64,000 bases of DNA from Promethearchaeota archaeon. Its GTDB lineage: Archaea > Asgardarchaeota > Lokiarchaeia > Sigyniarchaeales > SOKP01. Positions 58,731 through 64,000 of this stretch are shown in pieces; the first letter of the stretch is position 1; every line of letters starts with the position of its first letter. The notes under the pieces are model-generated. The model ran no database searches, was not told the origin of the DNA, and was given only the letters and a program-made list of their open reading frames with translations. A program made the translations under genes and the position numbers. The stretch covers positions 128,001 through 192,000 of the forward strand of contig JAUVNS010000008.1 of the NCBI GenBank assembly GCA_030599585.1, read 5' to 3'.

Positions 58731-58878
58731 ATTTACTCTACCATTTTTACCATTACAAATTCTAATATTAATTAACATTAACTTCTTTTAAATATTTTTT
58801 CTCAGATAATTTTATTATGATGATTTTTAATTGATTGAGTATTACATCATAATATATTAAGCTTAGAGGTAATGCATC

Positions 58879-59412
58879 ATTAGAAAAAGATTAAAACAAG
58901 GGCTAGTGCAAGTTTATTTTGGTAGGGGTAAGGGTAAAACCACTGCAGCCTTAGGACAAGGTTTTCGAGCTACGGGGCATGGATTTAAGGTATATATGAT
59001 TCAATTCATGAAAGGATATCCTCAATATGGAGAAGTAAAAGCCATAGAAAACACTCAGAATTTCGATTTAAAACAGTTTGGCACGCCAGACTTAATAGCA
59101 ACTCCCGGAGAAATTGATTTCGAAGAGGGAAGGAAAGGTATGGAGTTTGCAGAGAAAATAATTATGAGCGATGAATATGACATTGTAATTCTTGATGAAA
59201 TTGGGGTAGCCGTTGAGTATGGGATTGTAAAGATCGAAGATGTATTAAAATTAATTGAAAATAAACCCGAATTTGTCGAACTAATTATAACAGGCGGCCC
59301 TAAGATGCATCCAAAAATCAAGGAACGAGCAGATTTGCTTACTGAAATGAGGATGATCAAACATTACTATTCTTCAAAGGGTATTAAAGCTCGTTTTGGT
59401 ATAGAACATTAA
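58879..59412 (+). CDS. cobO: Cob(I)alamin adenosyltransferase (CobO/BtuR type)
   Basis: GLVQVYFGRGKGKTTAALG, IQFMKG, ILDEI, ELIITG and ADLLTEM..IKH. Start uncertain (ATT 58879 vs GTG 58906). Confidence 0.92.
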   Translation: MRKRLKQGLVQVYFGRGKGKTTAALGQGFRATGHGFKVYMIQFMKGYPQYGEVKAIENTQNFDLKQFGTPDLIATPGEIDFEEGRKGMEFAEKIIMSDEYDIVILDEIGVAVEYGIVKIEDVLKLIENKPEFVELIITGGPKMHPKIKERADLLTEMRMIKHYYSSKGIKARFGIEH

Positions 59413-59421
59413 CGAGGTATA

Positions 59422-60600
59422 GTGAGCTATAATATGGGAATTAGGAATTTTATATTTTCACTTGTCTTAAAATTCTCTAAAGTAAAGCTAGATAATATTC
59501 TTATAGATCACCACAAATATCTTGGAAAACGCGAAAATTCGCTCAAAATTTACGACCGCCCACCTAGAAACATGATTTTATCACCCTTTAATTTGACTTT
59601 TAATCCTACAGATCGATTGCTTATCGTAAATTTTGAAGAGGATTCTATTTACTACAGTATAGAGCTTCAAATTTTCAATAAAATTGACAAAGAATTCCCG
59701 CTTGTAATCATGTATCGAAAGGATAACATGAAAGATATTTATTACACTAATGAGATTGTTATAAAAAATAGAAAAAAGATGATCAGTGATTTATTTGGAA
59801 AAGTGTCGTTCAATCAACTTGACAATATCGAATACAAATTCCAATTTGATGAGATGGGCTTGGATGCTTACCTCTTTTTAAAAGATAAGTTAGAAAAAGA
59901 AATTGAGTTCAAAATTAAAGAAAAAATTTCTGGGAGAGAATTGACTTCAATTTTAACCCCTATTGGTACAGTCAGTAAGAAACCTGAGTACTTCACCATC
60001 GTTTTCCTCAACAAGTTCGGTATGGTAATCAAAGAAAACACAGAAATCTTTGTCAAAATTCACGGCTTTTCAAGAAATATAACAGAAATGCCTGTTCCAA
60101 TGAATAAAATGAGTTTTTATTCAGCTCACTATTCTTTAGAACCATTAATCTGTAACTGGAATAATAATTTTAATGGTAACATAAACCCTATAATTTTATA
60201 TCCACCAACCCTAAATGTATCTGATGGTAATATAACATTTAACCTTGTAAAGAACTCTGATTACTACGAGATAAAAAAAATCTCTGGAAACGACGATGAG
60301 GGTCATACTCTTTCCTTCGATTTTTCTCCAGCAATACCTAATTTATTATCTCTAGGAAGCAATTCGAAAATAAATGGAAGATTTTCCGTAATAATTGATA
60401 AAAAAAAGGGGATTTTTGCAGGGAAATATCATTTAGTTCGTATTGGGGAGGCTATTGAGTTTAGAATTACACCAAACAAAGGATGGCAACCATTTCCTGG
60501 AAAATTATGGTTAAAAACTTATAAATGGATTTCAAAAATATATATTCAAGATATCAAAGATATTAAAATCAGTTCCTATTGGCGAAGAATAAAAGGATGA
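59422..60600 (+). CDS. Hypothetical beta-rich protein
   Basis: 392-aa ORF co-oriented with cobO; no recognised motif. Confidence 0.7.
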   Translation: MSYNMGIRNFIFSLVLKFSKVKLDNILIDHHKYLGKRENSLKIYDRPPRNMILSPFNLTFNPTDRLLIVNFEEDSIYYSIELQIFNKIDKEFPLVIMYRKDNMKDIYYTNEIVIKNRKKMISDLFGKVSFNQLDNIEYKFQFDEMGLDAYLFLKDKLEKEIEFKIKEKISGRELTSILTPIGTVSKKPEYFTIVFLNKFGMVIKENTEIFVKIHGFSRNITEMPVPMNKMSFYSAHYSLEPLICNWNNNFNGNINPIILYPPTLNVSDGNITFNLVKNSDYYEIKKISGNDDEGHTLSFDFSPAIPNLLSLGSNSKINGRFSVIIDKKKGIFAGKYHLVRIGEAIEFRITPNKGWQPFPGKLWLKTYKWISKIYIQDIKDIKISSYWRRIKG

Positions 60601-60618
60601 TATTTTACTTGGAGCATT

Positions 60619-61848
60619 TTAATAGTACTTTCTTTCTGGAATAGTTTCTATAACATCTCGAATTTTACTTTTCATTTCATTAAAAATCTTTAGTGAACTA
60701 GTAAATTTATTCGATACTACGTCTACTAGATGCTTATCAAGAAAAGATTCCAATGATTTTAGTTTTTCAATATTTCCTTCTGTAATACAATATAAAAAGA
60801 ACTGATTTTCGAGTTTTTTAAATGATAAAAAACGATATTTTTGGAAACCTGATTTTACTGAAATCCATCTTGGATAACCTTTCATGTTTCCAAGAATTAT
60901 TGCTATAATCGCTTCAATTTTTGCAGTCAAGACTGATTCTCTAAAATCATTAATTTCAAATTCTTTTTTCTCTCGTTCTTCTTTAGAATTATTGTTTTCA
61001 GAATCAAGTTCAAATTGTTTTTGCTTTCCAAATTTTAAAACATCCTCTTTATCTAACAAAAGCGAAATAACACCAACCGTTTCAGATGATATTCCAAAAT
61101 AATCTAATCTGAGCCAATTATCTATATAATTAAAATTTGGTTTCTCGAATTTGACTTTTAATTCGACTGCTTCTTCTATATAATTTAAAAATATATTTAT
61201 TTTAATAGAAATCTGGCGTTTATCAATTTCAGCCAATTTTTTAATATTAATTTTATCCTTATGTATCATATCATTAAAAAACCATGAAATCTGATTGAAT
61301 ATCCAATCGCTATCTTTATCTGAAAAATTTCCTATGAGAATGTGTATAACTCCATTTTTCTCAAAAAAACGAGCGATTAACTTTTTTTCTCCTACATTCT
61401 CCTTGTTTCCAAAAATTATCAACATTTTGTCAAGCGTTCCAGATAAAATACTCGTAGAAATATAATCTAAATTATTTGTTAACTCTAAAATATACTTAGA
61501 TTTTTTATTGTTATAATATATGGGAATTCTCTCTTTTGAAACAATTCCGTAAAAAAAAAGGTTTTTGGGAATCTTTTTCTTTTTCTTTGATAAGACTTTA
61601 AGAGCTTTAGGTTCTATTTTTGGAATCTTTTTCTTTTTTGTTCTATTAATATTTTTTTTCGATTCAATTTTAAGATCTTTAGGTCCTACTTCAGTAAATA
61701 AATTATACTTTCCGTACATGAATCGAAACATTTTTATCGAAAAAAGATTACAATTTCTACAGATACAATCTTTTTGATAAGGCGCTACAAAAGTATATCC
61801 ACAATGTTCGCATTTTAACATATTATAAATTTTATCTTCATGTTCCAT
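60619..61848 (-). CDS. Zn-ribbon plus probable tandem longin-like domain protein
   Basis: N-terminal CEHC..CRNC. Two segments show a longin-like beta-beta-alpha-beta-beta-beta-alpha-alpha pattern (LFFYGIVSKERIPIY...; LDYFGISSETVGVISL...). The fold call is inference. Confidence 0.5.
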   Translation of the reverse strand: MEHEDKIYNMLKCEHCGYTFVAPYQKDCICRNCNLFSIKMFRFMYGKYNLFTEVGPKDLKIESKKNINRTKKKKIPKIEPKALKVLSKKKKKIPKNLFFYGIVSKERIPIYYNNKKSKYILELTNNLDYISTSILSGTLDKMLIIFGNKENVGEKKLIARFFEKNGVIHILIGNFSDKDSDWIFNQISWFFNDMIHKDKINIKKLAEIDKRQISIKINIFLNYIEEAVELKVKFEKPNFNYIDNWLRLDYFGISSETVGVISLLLDKEDVLKFGKQKQFELDSENNNSKEEREKKEFEINDFRESVLTAKIEAIIAIILGNMKGYPRWISVKSGFQKYRFLSFKKLENQFFLYCITEGNIEKLKSLESFLDKHLVDVVSNKFTSSLKIFNEMKSKIRDVIETIPERKYY

Positions 61849-62083
61849 TTTCTATTCTCTTTTTCAACCACTTTAACTATTAATAAAATCAAATTCTACA
61901 AATTTAAACTTATTTTTGTTTACTTTTGTGTAACTATAAAAAGATATGAACCAAAATGATTTTAAAATATTTAAGTAAAAAAAAAAGAAAAGAGATTACA
62001 TATATTTTCGTATAATTTTAAATACAAACTCATTATCCTTTAATTTAAAACATAGAATAAATAAAACTATTCAGCCTAAAGCG

Positions 62084-62434
62084 ATGAAAAAAGAAACCAA
62101 TTTGATAAGTGTATGCGGTTTAAACTGTGGCGAATGTGAGATTTATAATGCTCCTAAAAATGTAGAAATCGCTGAAAAATTAGTAACACATTTTTATGGT
62201 ATGTGGGATAACGTAAAAACTTCTGATTTTCATTGCGGTACTTGCAGAGGAGATCGATCAGAATGTTGGACTGAAGAATGTTGGATTCGAGAATGCTGCA
62301 TAGAGAATAAAAAATTAGATTTTTGTTTTGAATGTAACGAATTTCCATGTAATAAATTAATAGAATGGTCGAAAGAGAGTGAAAAATATGCCAACGCTTT
62401 ACAAACCCTCAAAAATATAAAAAAAAATAGATAA
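62084..62434 (+). CDS. DUF3795-like Cys-rich protein
   Basis: VCGLNCGEC, CGTCR, CWIRECC and FCFECNEFPC. Confidence 0.85.
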   Translation: MKKETNLISVCGLNCGECEIYNAPKNVEIAEKLVTHFYGMWDNVKTSDFHCGTCRGDRSECWTEECWIRECCIENKKLDFCFECNEFPCNKLIEWSKESEKYANALQTLKNIKKNR

Positions 62435-62460
62435 AGTTAGAAGAAAGTAAATTTCTATAT

Positions 62461-62892
62461 TTAATTCAATAATAAAACGACTGCTTCGCCATCAGTGACA
62501 AGTTCTTCGTTTTGATTATAAACCTTGGTATCGCATCTTATAAATTTTAATTTACCATCCTTTTTGGTGAACTTCTCTTTAACTGTTGCGACAGCCGTAA
62601 GATCATCTCCAAAAAAAACGGGTTTAATAAACCGTACGCTTTGTTCGCCGTAAAGTATCCCTGGTCCAAACAAATGCACACCTAAAGATGCTGATATTAG
62701 GCCTACACTAATAACTCCGTGAGCAACTTGCTTTCCAAACATTTGAGTCTTAGCATACTCTGGATTCACATGAATTGGGTTATAATCTCCAGAAACTTCA
62801 GCAAATTTCATCACATCTTCTTCTGTAATAGTTTTTGTGAATTTTGCAGAGTCTCCAACCTTATAATCATCAAATTTTACGGGTTCTAACAT
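62461..62892 (-). CDS. MaoC/PhaJ-like (R)-specific enoyl-CoA hydratase
   Basis: FAEVSGDYNPIH..AHG, GPG and F.KPVFFGD. Confidence 0.93.
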   Translation of the reverse strand: MLEPVKFDDYKVGDSAKFTKTITEEDVMKFAEVSGDYNPIHVNPEYAKTQMFGKQVAHGVISVGLISASLGVHLFGPGILYGEQSVRFIKPVFFGDDLTAVATVKEKFTKKDGKLKFIRCDTKVYNQNEELVTDGEAVVLLLN

Positions 62893-63042
62893 AAATTCAA
62901 ATAATGAATAGACAGATAAAAATTTTGATGATTAAAATACTAGTATTGAAAATAGGTAAATGAAACCGCTTAAACATAAACCAAAACATTCTTGAGATAC
63001 AAAGTATTATAGAAATTTAATTACAGGGATTAACGATTATCT

Positions 63043-64000
63043 TTGAATGATTTGAGTACTTCTAAAGGAAATTCAAGAGTTAAAAGTAGAAATATCTTAG
63101 CTTTATGCATCGCTAAACTAATCCATGGATTTGGAGCAAGTATGTTTAACGTTGTATATCAACCATTTCTTTTAGACATTACAAATTCACTATTTATTAC
63201 TGGAGTTTTAGTTACTTTAGGCAGTGTTATGCAATTTCTGCCCATGCCTTTAGTAGGTAAGTTATCTGATAGGATAGGGCATAAAACTACAATTATCGCA
63301 AGCATTCCAATATATATTTTAGGATTAGTGTTAATTTTCATTTCAGATTCAAATAATATCCTTTACCTAATTTTTGGAATCGTCATGTTCTTCTTGGGAT
63401 TTACCCTAAATAACATGAATGGTCAATTCCTAGTAGCCGAAAATAGTGGATCGTCGAAGGGATTGATGTATAGTCTGATATTTTTTTCGTTCTTTCTTGG
63501 AAGCATCGGTGGAAATGCTTTTGTGATTTTTAGTAAATCGATTAGTACGCGCGTCTTCTTTTTAATATTTATGGGAATATTAATAGTAGAAGGCGTAATA
63601 TTCACATTTTTCCTATCAACTAAATGGAAAAAACAAAAAGCTGACGAACTCATAAATGAGGATCTTCACAGTAAAAAGGAGAAGCTATGGCTGCAATTTT
63701 TTAAGAATCCGAGGATGAGATCGATCCTTATTTTTTTTACTCTAGATATTTTTATTTATGGAATCTCTTTTTCCATTTACAACGGGGGATTACGCGACTA
63801 TTACCATTTAACAACTGTGGAAATATCTTTCATAGTTATTTGGATGAATATTACAAATATGTTATTCCAGATTCCCGCTGGACGTATCACTGATAAGCTC
63901 GGTAAAAAGAAATCTTTAATTTTAAGCGCAATAACGGGTTTAATTTTTTTCATCATAAATATTATAGCCTCGATATTGTGGTCTAATGGAATGACGTTTG
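63043..64000 (+). CDS. MFS transporter, runs off window edge
   Basis: Not in the ORF track. Manual translation from TTG 63043 gives GKLSDRIGHK and GRITDKLGKK (MFS motif A twice) and hydrophobic helices. Confidence 0.85.
   Translation, partial: MNDLSTSKGNSRVKSRNILALCIAKLIHGFGASMFNVVYQPFLLDITNSLFITGVLVTLGSVMQFLPMPLVGKLSDRIGHKTTIIASIPIYILGLVLIFISDSNNILYLIFGIVMFFLGFTLNNMNGQFLVAENSGSSKGLMYSLIFFSFFLGSIGGNAFVIFSKSISTRVFFLIFMGILIVEGVIFTFFLSTKWKKQKADELINEDLHSKKEKLWLQFFKNPRMRSILIFFTLDIFIYGISFSIYNGGLRDYYHLTTVEISFIVIWMNITNMLFQIPAGRITDKLGKKKSLILSAITGLIFFIINIIASILWSNGMTF

Noticed and set aside
2317-63653. Numerous 60-140-aa ORFs in the track overlapping larger genes (e.g. 3685-4011, 25881-26246, 43764-44186, 50583-50945, 63159-63341, 63423-63653)
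   Set aside because: Antisense or alternate-frame shadows of well-supported CDSs, without motifs or RBS.
1-64000. Mobile elements, tRNA or rRNA genes
   Set aside because: No transposase or integrase motifs, terminal inverted repeats, cloverleaf/T-loop contexts or long GC-rich RNA-like tracts were recognised. The GTTCGAA at 1842 is part of the operator palindrome and has no tRNA stems around it.

Overview
AT-rich (roughly 30% GC by eye) archaeal chromosomal segment, most consistent with Asgard Lokiarchaeia/Promethearchaeota. The assignment rests on a gelsolin-domain protein, a possible longin-like protein, archaeal IOR and ADP-forming acyl-CoA ligase, TATA-type promoters and mostly short or absent 5' leaders. 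Most of the window is peptide, fatty-acid and acyl-CoA fermentation metabolism (IorBA, ACD-alpha, Bcd-EtfAB, crotonase, a B12 acyl-CoA mutase pair with MeaB and CobO, AbfD, LarA-like, CoA transferases). It also carries transporters, a threonine module and a MoxR-VWA-SWIM operon. The most unusual element is at about 770-4876. The apparently low-complexity intergenic stretch is a minus-strand array of a 95-aa ORF followed by three 23-24-aa micro-ORFs missed by the ORF track. Each micro-ORF has its own AGGT(AAAA) ribosome-binding site, an A-rich leader and a downstream U-tract. The array is divergent from a 988-aa tandem-wHTH + TPR protein, with a perfect GAAGTTCGAA-N5-TTCGAACTTC inverted repeat between the two TATA-like boxes. 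This is a candidate peptide-responsive regulatory or signalling system reminiscent of RRNPP. Other notable items are an acyl-CoA mutase with non-canonical specificity residues, a CoA-transferase-fold pair that appears to lack the catalytic Glu and is split by a thr module, probable ACG/ATT start codons, a TGG->TGA-interrupted carboxylesterase and a candidate structured sRNA at about 24.6 kb. No rRNA, tRNA, CRISPR array or transposase was recognised. All family calls come from motif recognition by eye; no database searches were run.
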